The position numbers and the translations under genes are program-made. A DNA stretch of 64,000 nucleotides. Source: Azolla caroliniana. Lineage: Eukaryota; Plantae; Polypodiophyta. Location: positions 496,001 through 560,000 of the forward strand of contig JBHGNT010000007.1 of the NCBI GenBank assembly GCA_043228905.1, read 5' to 3'. Shown piece after piece: positions 37,301-50,130 of the stretch (positions are counted from its first letter, which is position 1; the number at the start of each line of letters is the position of its first letter). The notes below the pieces were generated by a model. The model had not been told where the DNA came from and did not search any database. It saw only the letters and a program-made list of their open reading frames with translations.

Positions 37301-38171
37301 CAAAATATTAGGGTTCTATACATTATACACTAAACACAAAAGTTTGAATACTATATATAAACTAGCAACGAGACTTCAAAAAACCTTCAAGGATTCTGCA
37401 ATTGCCTGTTCAAGATCATCCTCTTTATTAGCAGCATTCTGTGGCAAACCAGCCATAACATTAGTGGATATGGAACTCACTCACCTTGATAAATAAACTT
37501 CACCTATAATGTCCACATTCAACTCCTACCAATCTCATCCTCTCTATGATGGAAGCTTCAATTGCTCTTTGTAGAATTTCCTCCTCTACATCGTTACCTT
37601 CAATTTCTCTCATGCTTGTCTGAAACCACCTGTGATTGCTAATATCTGACAAAGCAGAAGATTGAGTGGAACTACCCGATGGCAAGTGTACCTCTTTCAA
37701 ATGATTTCTATGTGTTATTACCCATGACAATCTTTCATCTTTCATGTGTATCTCCTCTCTCAAATAATTCCTATGTTCTATTCCCCTTGAAAATCCAGCA
37801 CCTTTCGTGTGTATCTCATTATTCATATGATTTCTATACATTCTTCTCCTTGAAGAACCTTCATCTTTCCTATCAACCGGAACCTCCTGTAGGCCCCTTC
37901 GCTGAGAAATGCTCATATGAAGATCGTGATAATCCTCTATCCCATCATCTCTTCCAAATCCTCCAGCTTGAATCAACCCAATTGCCCAGGAAGGAAACAA
38001 ATGTACTGGGTAAGGTAAGAGTGGCAATACAGATTGAAAAACTAGAGGCTCATAAACTCTGTCCACTGCATGTCTTTGCACTACATGATTGCATTCTCTT
38101 CCATTTGATGATTGATTATTCTGCACTTGACAGCTTTGATTTCCACTCCCAACACTCTGATTTTGCCCCAT
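34385..38171 (-). CDS. PUX: Plant UBX domain-containing protein (PUX8/9/13-like): UIMs, coiled coil and C-terminal UBX
   Basis: Spliced motifs: DVEEEILQRAIEAS, EDDLEQAIAESLKTA, WGGLSTEEHQDAIMLEAAMFG, LREEQDNEYLASLQADLEKE, SLPQEP...IMVRMPDG..RRF, LYDFMDV...PGSYKLVRAYPRKVF...SEALFLE*. Stop 34385-34387. The start at 38171 is inferred because the upstream UBA exon contains a stop. Confidence 0.88.
35450..35690. mobile_element. hAT-type MITE, family A, copy 2 (in a PUX intron)
   Basis: TIRs CATAGTA/TACTATG. 8-bp TSD ACGTGAAT/ACTTGAAT. Homologous to 9349-9588. Confidence 0.87.
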
Positions 38172-38336
38172 AGAACTGGAAGCAGACACTTTCAAGTCAT
38201 TACTATAATCTACATAACAAAATCTATAATGTTCCTAGCAAGATATTAAATTTGGTGTACAGATCAACAATTAGCGCAAAGACCAGCTTCCATAAGTATA
38301 TATGTAACTCTTCTAATGCAATCCACAAGCACTTAC

Positions 38337-39256
38337 ATGCAGATTTCTCCTTCATTAAGCAAATTTTGGCTTTAATCATTTGAGACTCCCTTGTGTACCT
38401 GTAATAAAAAGCATTATGAGACACAATGGATTTTCTTTCTTTGGAAAGGGTGGCTAATCGTACCTGTCTATTCAAGGTCATCAATATACTATTTATTTGT
38501 GATCACTGATGGGTCCAGAGAAAAGGAGACATCTATGTGAAGCATACCATTAATACATGTCATGTGTACTTTGTATGTCCAGACACCGAAACGCTATCTT
38601 GGCCATGTTCTTAAGGTAGATTCATTCCTCTAGATCACGTGCATAGCATTATCTACTCAAGATCACTTACATGAGGTGTATTGATCATTCCTAAAGAAAA
38701 GGTATGTAAAAAACAGGCCGCAAAATGTGAGTGGAGTTTAAATATTGCAGTTATATGTGACGTGTACATGTTCGCCTAGAACACCAGAACATCAATCTAC
38801 TCAAGGTTATTCCACATTGTATGTGTTAGTGATCACTGATGGGTCTAAGGAAAAGGAGAGATTTATGCAAAACAAGTGTTTGATGCAAGTGGATATCCGA
38901 TATTGCGAAACATATTCACAAAACAGTTATGAATTGGAGCACAGAACAGAGAGATCTATGCAAAAGATAACATTGATATAAGTGGATTTTCTGACATTCA
39001 AATCATATGCATTATCATCACGATTATAATAAGCAGAAACAAAACATTAATACAAACGGGTGGTTTACGAGATTCAAAACAGATGAAATATCATGATCAA
39101 GTGAACTCCTTTTCTCAGCAGTAATAGGTCGAAACCAAAATCAGAGCAGGAAAATAAAGACAAAAAGGTTCTGAGATCTTCAGTATCTTACATGAAATTT
39201 TTCTCGAGCAACTGATTCTATGAGACCCATAATGGTAATCAGTCTCTGCACATCCC
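38337..39256 (-). pseudogene. Decayed UBA-like N-terminal exons of the PUX gene
   Basis: Exons 39256-39192 (DVQRLITIMGLIESVAREKFH) and 38398-38337 (VHKGVSND*SQNLLNEGEIC) have canonical splice sites and phases compatible with the PUX frame. In-frame TAA at 38372-38374. Confidence 0.65.
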
Positions 39257-39487
39257 CTGCGGGGAAATGGAAAGCTTGAACATGAATTCTAAGGGAAATG
39301 ATAATGGGTTCCTTGTGGTGAAATCTGTTTTATCCTCTGTAGAAGACCTCACAATAATTGTTGCGTCCTACACAGTTCTTGGAAGAAACAGAGTAGGACT
39401 GAATTGGACTGGGTGCTTTGAACCCACTTCAGCATAAAATGACTTAATCTTCATAACACCATGTTCCTTCCATAAGCATAAAGCAAC

Positions 39488-42400
39488 TAGCAATCGGCAA
39501 CCGAACCGCAAAACCGCGGTTTAACGACTTAATGGTTTACGCGGTTCGGTTCGGTTCGGTTCGATCTAGTTTGGGGGTCAATGGTTCGGTTCAAACTGTT
39601 TGAAACCGTGATTTAAACGGTTTGATGGTTTTTTGAATAACCTTTTTGAAATATTTAAAATTTTTAAATTGAATTTTGAAATTTGGAGAAAAACCATTTT
39701 AACAAACAAATTCGATAATTTTGTTGTAAATGCCACATAAAATTATTAAAACTTGAAAGGTATATTATAAAGAAGGTTCATATCGGTGTAGGGAATTGAC
39801 AACAATGCTTAACAAAGACACCACAATACACAATATGCAACAAATACAGTAACCAAAACTCATTTGCATTGTATATGTATTACAATTGGTCCTTATGGTT
39901 ATGCGGCATGCCTATAACACGGATTATTACCAAGTGGGAAAGCCATAATTGGTGAGCTACAAGATGTCAATATAGTTGTACACTCATTAAATCTTGATCT
40001 CTATGATATCATTCCTCCCACAAATTGAAATCTATTATCCCAATGTAGATTCCTTGTTGCTCACTCATCCAGATTAGTCAAAATCTAAGGATTCAATTAC
40101 AATCACTTCATCCAAGCCTTGGTTTCTTATTCAAGTAATGCATAATTTCTTTTACTGTTTCCTAATGTTTTTTGCCGAGGTTTGACATGAATCCGATGGC
40201 TACTCCGAACACAATGAGTTGAAGATCCTCCATGCATTTCAACATGATTAACATATCATCCAAATACACGACAAGGAGGGTTATACTAACATCCCTGATC
40301 TGTTTATGTAGGCATAAATCCTTGATGTCGGAAATAAAATCAAAATGAATTCATGAATAGATTGAACTTTGGGTACCACTATCAAGGTACTTGCTTCATG
40401 TCGTATCAGCCATGTTATGCACTTCAGATTCCTCTTGTTTGATGTGTATAAGCCCACTTGTCATTGGGTAAGGGTATCAATTCTCAAATGTGATTGTTCC
40501 AAATCAATTCCATTTTTCTTTTCATGGAAGAACTCAATTTCATTATCTTTGAAACCCGTGGCTTATTTGTAGTAAGAGAGTTCTACATTTATCAACACCA
40601 CATGATCCTTGTCTAGGACAAACTTGTATGCCTAGGGTGACTATCTAATTGACATTAGAAGGGTTTGTCAAATCATGACTTTTTCTTTGTAACCCAAGGC
40701 ATCACACTATTATCATAGGGTGCAAGATGCCACATCACAATAGTTTGCTTCAATCAATTGCAAGGGCCATAATAATGAAATGTTACTTTGTCTTAGGGTA
40801 TAGGAAGGTCAATCGCTACTCGTCTTACTTTGCCGACTAGCCACATAGTTACATCTATATATTAAATTAACACATAATCACTCAAATAATCAAATTGTAA
40901 ATCTTTTTATTTAGATTAAATAGTAGTGGACGGAAGGTGGTCAACACGATATAATAGCAACATTAAATTAATTATCTTATTCTTCCCCTATTGGAGGATC
41001 ATTTGATTTGTAAGTTTTATAGCCAAAGATGATGGAGGGGAGATCATGCCTCCATCATCATGCACGTGGTTTCATCATCATTACTTCATATGCAACTTAT
41101 TAATGACCCTCAAATGGATGTTTATTCTAATGTGGACCCTTAGTATACCCATCGTAGGTTAATTCTATTACTACAAAGAATGCCCTTTTTATATTTCTAT
41201 CTTATAGTTCTAGTCATCTACATAATATTTTGTGCAACTAGCTAACTAAACAACCATCGTCTACTTGGATCTCTTCTAACCCATTTGATCCCATTGTTTC
41301 AGCACTCCCCAAAATCCTCCATGGTGTTACCATGGCTTTCTCCATTTCGTTGTTATGATGTCAAGATACAATACTATAGGCCATTTCAACACAATTACTT
41401 TGAGATTATTCAAAACTCTCAAGTGCTTACCATTTGGCCTACTCATTTGGTCATTCTCGACATTTTGCTTTTACTCTATACCAATTAGGGCATCAATGTT
41501 TGTAGCTCCTATTTGAAGTAGAAGATCTTGATTCTCGGTCGGATGGTTTGTATAAATAACCCTTCATATTGCCTCTTCTTTGGCAAGCATTTGATGTATC
41601 TTCTCCTTAGAAGAGTACATCGCTGTAGTGGATCATGAAGCATTGGGTCCATACACAATAGATACTTTTTTCTCAATCTAGGATCGTCACTTTATAAAAG
41701 AGGGGAACTTCATTTATGAAAGACATGAGTGCGTCGAAGTTATGATCAATCTAATAATTGTGTGAGAGTACATCGCTATAGTGGATCATGAAGCATTGGG
41801 TCCATACACAATAAATATTATTTTCTCAATCTAGGATCGTCACTTTATAAAAGAGGGGAACTTCGTTCCACGTCGAAGTTAAGATCAATCTAATAATTGT
41901 GTGAGAGTGAGTGAGATAATTGAACATTCACTTCAGTCAATGCAAAGGCATATCCTATTAATAAAGTCAATAGTGAATTTTAACACACGTGCCTCAAAAA
42001 ACACTCCATGATCATTGGTCATGATTTGCTTCAAATGTGAGTATTCTCTTCCACTACTTTGACTTTGTTTTGGGTCTTTTCCCACGAGAGTTGTGCACAT
42101 TGTATGTTGTATCATCTTGTGCATTCACCACCAACCTCTAGCTACCTCGAGAATTCATACATGCATCGATGTAAGCACGTTTGCTGCACTTAGGGCGAGC
42201 ATTATGCTAAATGCGTCCCACGGCTTGGGCCATTTGCACATGAGCACGATGACATGTATCTCATGATTCAAAGCTCATCTTTTAGTCCCTTCAACCACTA
42301 CATAAATGTTGGTGCCAAAATTATTGATATGAGTGGCAACTAGGTAGGATTCCTTCATCAAAATCTCACACAACATCCTCATAACAAAAATAACAAAAAC

Positions 42401-42619
42401 CTTGTTTGGGGCAATGTTTTTCTTGCCTATGTCGTTGAGCTTCTTCCTCAAACCTTTTGATCTGATGTTCACAATCGAAGACTCAGAAATAGACATATGT
42501 GAGCGAGATGTGGGTGGATTGTTGACATGCTTGGTTAGTGAGTCTAGTTCCAACCAATCTTCATTATCAACGGTTTAACGGTTCGGTTCAGGCTTGAGCC
42601 GAGCCGTTGCCGATTCGTG
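39488..42619. mobile_element. Family-B hAT-like termini enclosing ~2.9 kb that includes a decayed copia remnant
   Basis: Left end TAGCAATCGGCAAC with (CGGTT)n; right end ...GGCTTGAGCCGAGCCGTTGCCGATTCGTG, resembling the 19411-19932 MITE ends. No matching TSD found. Confidence 0.55.
39960..42500 (-). mobile_element. Highly decayed Ty1/copia remnant
   Basis: Broken minus-strand motifs: gag-like VMRMLCEILMKESYLVATHINNF, ELIPLPNDKWAY, RT LLVVYLDDMLI, RFMSNLGKKH and RNase H-like FVGGMIS*RSR. Confidence 0.7.
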
Positions 42620-42831
42620 GCGGATACCAAAGGAGAGAGATATACCATAATATAAATCTTTTGGCTCCACATATGTATCCCCCCACTTTCAATTGGAGGC
42701 AAAGAAAGAGTAAGGCTAAGTTTAACAATACCGGCTGGCTCTAAGGTTTTTAGCTCAACAAAACACACGTGTATTATATTTATATACAGATACAGACAGA
42801 AACAGAGAGATGCCTCTGTTCGTATGGTAGA

Positions 42832-45188
42832 ATGCATCGTGCAGTAAGGCACCTCATCCATCTTTGCAATCATCAGCAGTCCCGGATAAGGGGTTGCAGA
42901 GGCCTCTCTGCTTCCGAGAGCTCATTTTTCCATCTCTCTGTCCTTGTACAGTTGTTATTTCCTTCTCAAAAAGGCTTGTGGCTCATCAGATGCTACTGTG
43001 AAGGAAGAGAAAAAGGTTGGTTTCTTTTGGTTCAAATTTGTTTTTTGAATGTTTTTTGGTCACTAGTTTTTCATGTTTGAGGTATTGGTTTAGGAATGTA
43101 ATGTTTAGTTTTTTTAGACTGGTCACTATTTTTTCTGTTTAGGGTAATTGATTTAATGATATAAAGAAAGTTGATTGGCAGAAAATGGAAGCACATTTTA
43201 TGCGATTGATGCATTTGGAGACAGAAAAGATGTGAATGAAGTTGAGCTCCCATTAATAGAATGCAAAGTAAATCCAAGGAAAGAGATTAGAGCATATTCA
43301 CCTGGCGGTGATCTTAAAGGATGTTCATATGTAGGGGAGCTAAGGAGTTGCTCGTATGGTCCTGAGAGTAAAAGATGTTTACACGATGGTGATGTTAAGG
43401 GATGCTTGCATGGTTTTGAGTTCAAGGGACGTTCACACGGTGAGGAGATTAAGAGATGTTCAGATGGTAGCTTAACACCAGTGGCTTATCTATCAGGAAG
43501 TGCTCAGGCAGAAATTCATGATGTAGCTTTTGATGACATTCTACACCATCCGGTCAGTCTTGCATGTGAAGCTCAACTCGAGAAAATGCTCGATTCTGAT
43601 GCTGTTCATGGAAATGAGAAAATGACAGACATTACAAATCCTCAGGATAGTGTTATGTGTGAAGGTAAACTTGAAAGGATGCTAAATGCTAATGCTGTTG
43701 ATGGAATTGACCAAATGACAGACATTCTACATCCTCAAGATAGTCTTCTTACATATGAAACTAAACCTAGACAAATGCCAAATGCCAATGCCATTGATAG
43801 AAGTGACCATGTGCCAGATATCACACATCCTCAAGATCATCTTTTCATGCATGAAGCTCAACATGGACAAATGCCAAGTTCAGATGCCTTGCATGAAATA
43901 GAACAAAGACCTGATTCTGATGCTTCCCCTCTTGTCGATGCTTCATTAATATCATTTATGCTAAATGAACATGGATGGAGCCCAAAAACTGAAAACATGG
44001 TCCAGCGGTTTTCTGGTCTAATAACACCAGAGCTCGCGAACAATATCATTAGTGAACTGAAGAATGCAAAAGTGGCCATGGGTTTCTTGGAGTGGGCTGG
44101 AAACCAAGAGAATTATAAACACCAAGAGGGCACTTTTACCAAGGTGATTGGAAGACTTGGCAAAGACATGGATTTTGCTGCTGCATGGAATGTGTTAGAA
44201 TTCATGCGACAACATGGACTTCATGTGGATTATGCCTTTAGCATATTTATACATAGGCTGAAAAGTGCAAAAATGGTGGATGGAGTGGTCAAGGCTATCG
44301 ATAGCATGAAGCAACTTGATGTCATCCCAACTGTTCCTTTATATACTTCAGCTCTTCAGCTTATCTTAAAGGATAATCGTCTTGAGGAAGCTCGGAGAAT
44401 ATATAAAAAGATGCGGGAACTCGGTTTAAAGCCCGATGTTAAACTTTATGGACTTCTGATTTCTGGATTTGGAAGGGCGGGAAAGATTGAAGATGCTCTC
44501 TGTCTATTTAAAGAGATGCAAGGACATGGTGTTTTTCCTGATACTGTCACATATGTTGGCCTTATTCGCGCTTTTGCTATAGCAGGAAACTTTGAAGGTG
44601 GAAAAAGTATTTGTGCTGAAATGATACGAAACAATTGTTTGCCAAAAGTCCTCTCGCGACTTGAATTGGGGTGTGCCCTACATGGGATGAGCTCAATGGA
44701 ACAAATAGAGAGATTCTTGCAGGATATAGAGACTAAAGGCCATGTTGTCAGCGTCTTCACATACAATAACTTGCTTCAATACCTCCTAGATAAGCAAATG
44801 CTTTCCGAGGCGATCAAAATCTTTGGCAGATTTTCAGGTGATAATTTCCTCTATTTCATGGAGGCATATTTATCTACATGTTTGGCATATGATTTGCATT
44901 TACGGTATGCACATATACATGCATGCTCATTTTATACAGGTTGTAATGATGTGCATTTTGTAGTTGGGTACATGCACATAAAGGCATCATCGTTTTATAT
45001 TTTATTTAGATACTGAATGATATCTATTTCCTTGCATTTAGTATACTCACACGTAAATCCTTAAACATTTATATATTTGGAATTATCTGCATTTAGAATA
45101 CACAAATCATTATTGGATATGTCATATGTACTAAATAAAATTTACATTTTCTTGCATTTAATGTAGGCATGCATACATGCACCATCTT

Positions 45189-45219
<31 letters not shown>

Positions 45220-45982
45220 TTGGGCATGTTTTATTGATGTACACTTTCTGGCATTTAGGGTACGTACTTATACATGAATCATCATTTTATATTTTTGGCC
45301 ATATGTACGAAGTCATGTGCAGATGTGCATTTTCTTTCATGTAAGGGGTGCAGATATGAAGAAATCATTGTATATATTTTGAATAGGTACTAAATGATGC
45401 TCATTTTCCTACATGTAGGGTAATGCGCATATAAAGGTGTCATTGTTATGTATATTTTGTATAGGTTCCAAAGGATGTTTATTTGCTTGCATTTGGGATA
45501 TAGCCACACATGAAAAAAGGCATCATTATTCATTTATTTTGCATAGGTACTAAATTATGTTTATTTTCTTGGGTTTAGGATATGCACATGTATCAAATGG
45601 CAATTTACCAGATGGACCCCGTCCGAATATTGATTCATATTCATTAATTATTCGTGCACTTTGCCAAAATGGGCGATCAAAAGAAGCTGTCCATTTTTAC
45701 AAAGAAATGCTCCTATCCGGATTGAAGGCGGACACCGAGATATGTGATTTCTTTCTTCACTACTTGAGCAATGCAGGATTACTATATGATGCTGTAGAGC
45801 TTTCTAAGTATATCATAAAACAAAAGTTGGTCATCAGTATCGAAACCCAAAGAATGTTTTTCAAATCTCTTCATGCTGCAGGAGACCTTTCAAATGCATT
45901 AAAGATTTTTGACAGCATGAAATGGAGAGGATGTATAACACAAAAATCTAATTTCCATGAAGTGATCGGGATTAGATGCTGA
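42832..45982 (+). CDS. P-type pentatricopeptide repeat protein, probably organelle-targeted, 3 exons
   Basis: Exon 1 42832-43015 is Arg/Ser-rich and transit-peptide-like; exon 2 43182-44837; exon 3 45612-45982; all introns phase-compatible. AMGFLEWAG..ENYKH precedes PPR motifs such as PDVKLYGLLISGFGRAGKIEDALCLFKEMQGHGVFPDTVTY and PNIDSYSLIIRALCQNGRSKEAVHFYKEM. No E/DYW domain seen. Confidence 0.92.
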
Positions 45983-47399
45983 CAATGGGAAATCACCTTT
46001 TTCTATTGTAAAAGGATGTTATAAAGAGGGTTTTTGGCATCTTGATATTGGAGCAATAGTAAATAATCACATTATCTTCAGTGATGCTATGGAGGAGAGT
46101 TTTGGCATCTTTATATCTGATCCGTCTTGTCTTCTAAGTTTGAATATTCGAATAAATTTATTCCCTCAATACTTCATATATCCTTGAGGCAAGACAACGA
46201 AAGCCAGAAAGGATATTTGCAACCAGGTTTGGTTCCATTCTTTGTATATTACCTCCTAAGAAAGAGCATTGATTTCACAGCTCGAAAGGTATGTATACAT
46301 CCCATGTATTGTTCAAGGCAATTACCAAGAAGCGGTTTCGCTACATTGTTGCAGCTTGTGTCCAGTTTCACTCATTCTTCGCTACATTCTTTTGTGCCTC
46401 ACAGAAATAGCATTACTTGTGGAGAAAATTAAATGGCCCTAAGATATGCCTTAATTTGCATTCTCTTAAATTTTGTGATTCCAAAATTTTGCGTCTAACG
46501 TAGCTAGCCAAGTCTTTTAATTATTTAACTGTTGTGCAGAGCTGCTTCTAGCAGACTCACTCCATACTTGAAGAGCTTTCATAAGTTGCATTGAACATTT
46601 TTGCTAATCTTCATGACTATGCATAGTCGTGATTTTGAGGTTAGTGAGAATAACATTAATGATCTCTCTGCCCCTCCCTACTTAGAGATCGTTGGAAGAT
46701 CATATTTATGTTTACTATGTTTTATATTATACCTTGAAGCTAAATTGAAGGAAATTGACTACGACTCTATTAGTTGTAGCAAATGAAAGTGGATTAGGCA
46801 AAGAAAAGGGAAGGAGTCCTAGGTGGCCCGCTTTCTCTAGCCCCTTGCAAGGGAGAACTTGCAATAAAGGGATGGGTGGGAACCCATTCCCTTCCTCAAG
46901 GAATTGTGAAAAACTTGGAAGGTCTGGTCAAAGAATGTAATAGCCTCATGGATATTTCTTGACAAATTTCATTACCATTACAAAGTGTGGATAGCGTGTT
47001 TGAATTCTGGTCGCTTTATGGGACTAAAGGTGACCACCTATGCACCTAAGTATTTAGTTAATGATTGATAGTGTACCTCAAGTACTATGAGGCGAAAGTG
47101 TAAGGACCTCATAGTATGTCGTTTCTCCAATAGAAAACTTGAAATTCAATGCAAAGTATTAGTGGGAAGACCAAAGTTGAAACAATCAGCCAAGCCACAA
47201 ATGTTCAGTGAATTTCAAGTTGCGATGCGCAAACTAGAACTCATCTTATGAAGATTTGTTGATGAAAGTTTGGGTGGGGGCAAAAACAACCTGACCTGAA
47301 ATGGAAACAAAAGGGTTTAGGGTTCTAATTGTGAGATGTGGAGCATTGGGTGGAGATGCATATGTGAAGGTACATTCAAACGAAATAGAACATCATTGA

Positions 47400-48290
47400 T
47401 ATGGTCAAAGTTCACGTTTCCGAGAAATGGATATGCTACAAGGAGGAGGGCTCTTTGCTCCCAAGAGGTAGGGACACACCAGACAGGATCGAAGGCTCTG
47501 AACTGCAGGACAACAAGGCATCAACATAGCATAAGGCAATTCGAGTACTAGCATTTACTGGGCATAAATGGATTGTAGATCCTGATCTGATCAAAGTACA
47601 ACCAGATTGGCACATATGTACTCATGAAAACACATGGCTACGTAAGGTCAATTGGGACCCTTTCAAATGGACATGGTGTGATCCTTACGCGGGGCAAGGA
47701 AGCAAACCTATCCCTTTCTTTCAATTCACAACTAGATTGGGTCGCCATATTATAGTCGCTCAATCTGCCCGAGATCCGACTGCTGCAAAGGTTTGGAAAA
47801 CATATAATGTTCCTAACACAATTATCACCAAGTTTTGGCAGAAACTTTGGAAACAACAACACGCAAAGCAAATCACCACTTTCCAATGGCTATTAATACA
47901 TAAGTAATTACTGGTTGGTGCATGGCAACGTGGGAACCTCAACTCTCCTAATTGTGTAGCGTGTCCAATTGTAGTAGAATCAATACGACACGCTCTATGG
48001 GACTGCCCAGAGTCCCATCGAATATGGCGGGGGGTTGGCTGCTTATTGCAATTATGCCAGGTGCAAGGCTCAATCAAGTGGGGGAATGTATGTTGGCTAT
48101 CATGGCAGGTCCCAGTTGACAGATATGAGCATCAATAAGAGGGAATGACTTTGGTTATAAAAGCACAAGAGGTATTTTTCTCCACCATCGACAATGTCCA
48201 CTCAACTCTTATCAATGCCAAATCTCAAGTTGTGTTGGAATTGGTCAGCCCAATAACTCTTTGGATTCTATGGAAACAATAGTGTAGAGG
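47400..48290 (+). mobile_element. Decayed L1 LINE 3' fragment (zf-RVT)
   Basis: KFWQKLWKQQHAKQITTFQWLLIHK*...CVACPIVVESIRHALWDC. Clearly homologous to ~56880-57470. Confidence 0.85.
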
Positions 48291-49440
48291 TGTACTTAAC
48301 AATGTTCATGTGGGATCGAAACACAAATGTCAATAAGGAACTAATTGTAAAGGGTGGGCACCTTGATTGATTTTTGTTTTCCATCTTCAACATTTCTTTT
48401 ACTTTCACCAATGTCACAATGCTTTTAATGCAAGATATGTAAAATGTATAAACCAAGCCAAATATACAACTTGTGATGGTTTGTATGGAAAGAGTAAGAA
48501 TCTCGGCTAAAGGTTAATTAAAGGGGAGGGAAGTGCTTTTATGCACCACATTAATCATGTATGATTGGTAGGGAGCTATTTTAAGAAGTTTTTTAATGAA
48601 TGTTTTGTTTTAGGGGTCAATGGTTGTATTCTCACCTTTTCAAGGTGTGAAGAACCTCTAATTTTGGAGCTTCTAATATTTAATCAAGGGATTTACATTA
48701 TTTTGTTTTAACCTCTATTGAATCAATTAATTTAATCTTAGGTTGATTAATAGTTTTGGTTCCACCCTTAATGAAAACCTTAATTTCTGTCTAATTCCAC
48801 GATCATCACTTTCTATTCCACACTTCTCCCACTTTGGTTCCACCCTAGAATGCATCAAAAAATTCATGCAACACCAATAAAGTAGCAAAGTTTCGATCCT
48901 TTCATTCACTAAATGATGGTAAGTGGAATTCAATAAGAACAATCTATGTTTTTCTAACTTTAATGATCACATGTAGCAAGTTCACCAATGGTAGCAAATA
49001 GAATATGAGGTGGATAACGCAAATCAATTGTCTTAGTTGTAGGAAATGGTAATCGATTATCCTTATGCTATTGAACACAAGATAAGGGTAATCAGATATG
49101 TTGATTGTAAATGATATATTGATCCACCAATAGAGGATATATGGTCACATTGGAAGTTGTGGGTGTTGGCTAAACAACCTTTGTTCAAATTAGATTATCA
49201 GTGGATAGATCCATTTATTGTTAACAATTTTAATTTCTTCCAATATTTTGTACAATTGGGAAGACATGTGCTCTCGAATAGACGCGATGTATTACCAACT
49301 ACGTTTCAATATTGGAGTCAACACAGTATTACTTCGAAGTTTCTTGCTAAGTTTTGGGTTAACCTATGGGCAAGAAAACAACCACAACAAATATTGCATG
49401 TATAGTGGTTATTTGTACATTGAGCATTTCTTGTTGGCAC

Positions 49441-50063
49441 ATAGTTGCATAAGATGGGCATACCCTCTAGTTGTGCTCGCTGTCATTTACAAGTTGAAAC
49501 TTAGAAATGTTGTCTATGGGATTGCATTGAGTCTTTATTGGTATGGAAACACCTCCATAGAATATTTGCTAACTACTTTCCCCCATTGGTATTCACATGG
49601 GGCATGGTGGTTTGGACCTTGCTTATCGGCTCTACTTTCAATTATGATAGTTGCATAAGATGGACATATCCTCTAGTTGTGCTTGCTGTCATTTACAAGT
49701 TGAAACTCAGAAACGTTGTCTATGGGATTGCATTGAGTCTTTATTGGTATGGAAACACCTCCATAGAATATTTGCTAACTACTTTCCCCCATTGGTATTC
49801 ACATGGGGCATGGTGGTTTGGACCTTGCTTATCGGCTCTACTTTCAATTATGATAGTTGCATAAGATGGACATATCCTCTAGTTGTGCTTGCTGTCATTT
49901 ACAAGTTGAAACTCAGAAACGTTGTCTATGGGATTGCATTGAGTCTTTATTGGTACGGAAACACCTCCATAGAATATTTGCTAACTACTTTCCCCCATTG
50001 GTATTCACATGGGGCATGGTGGTTTGGACCTTGCTTATCTGCTCTCCTTTCCATTACAACGTT
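49441..50063 (+). repeat. 206-bp tandem triplication inside an L1 LINE remnant that continues at 55529-~55900
   Basis: Units are offset by 206 bp (49445, 49651, 49857). Each encodes zf-RVT-like CACCHLQVET..RCLWDCIESLLVWK. Confidence 0.9.
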
Positions 50064-50130
50064 GAACCTGTTGGGATTTCGGTCCCTCCGGATGGGATGT
50101 CCGGAGATGAATGACGGCAAGCCCGGTTGC

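Noticed and set aside
37500-37502. Apparent premature TGA in the PUX large exon
   Set aside because: A phase-0 donor (TTG|GTAGGA, ~37529) and the acceptor at 37439 remove it in a ~91-nt intron with a CTAAT branch motif.
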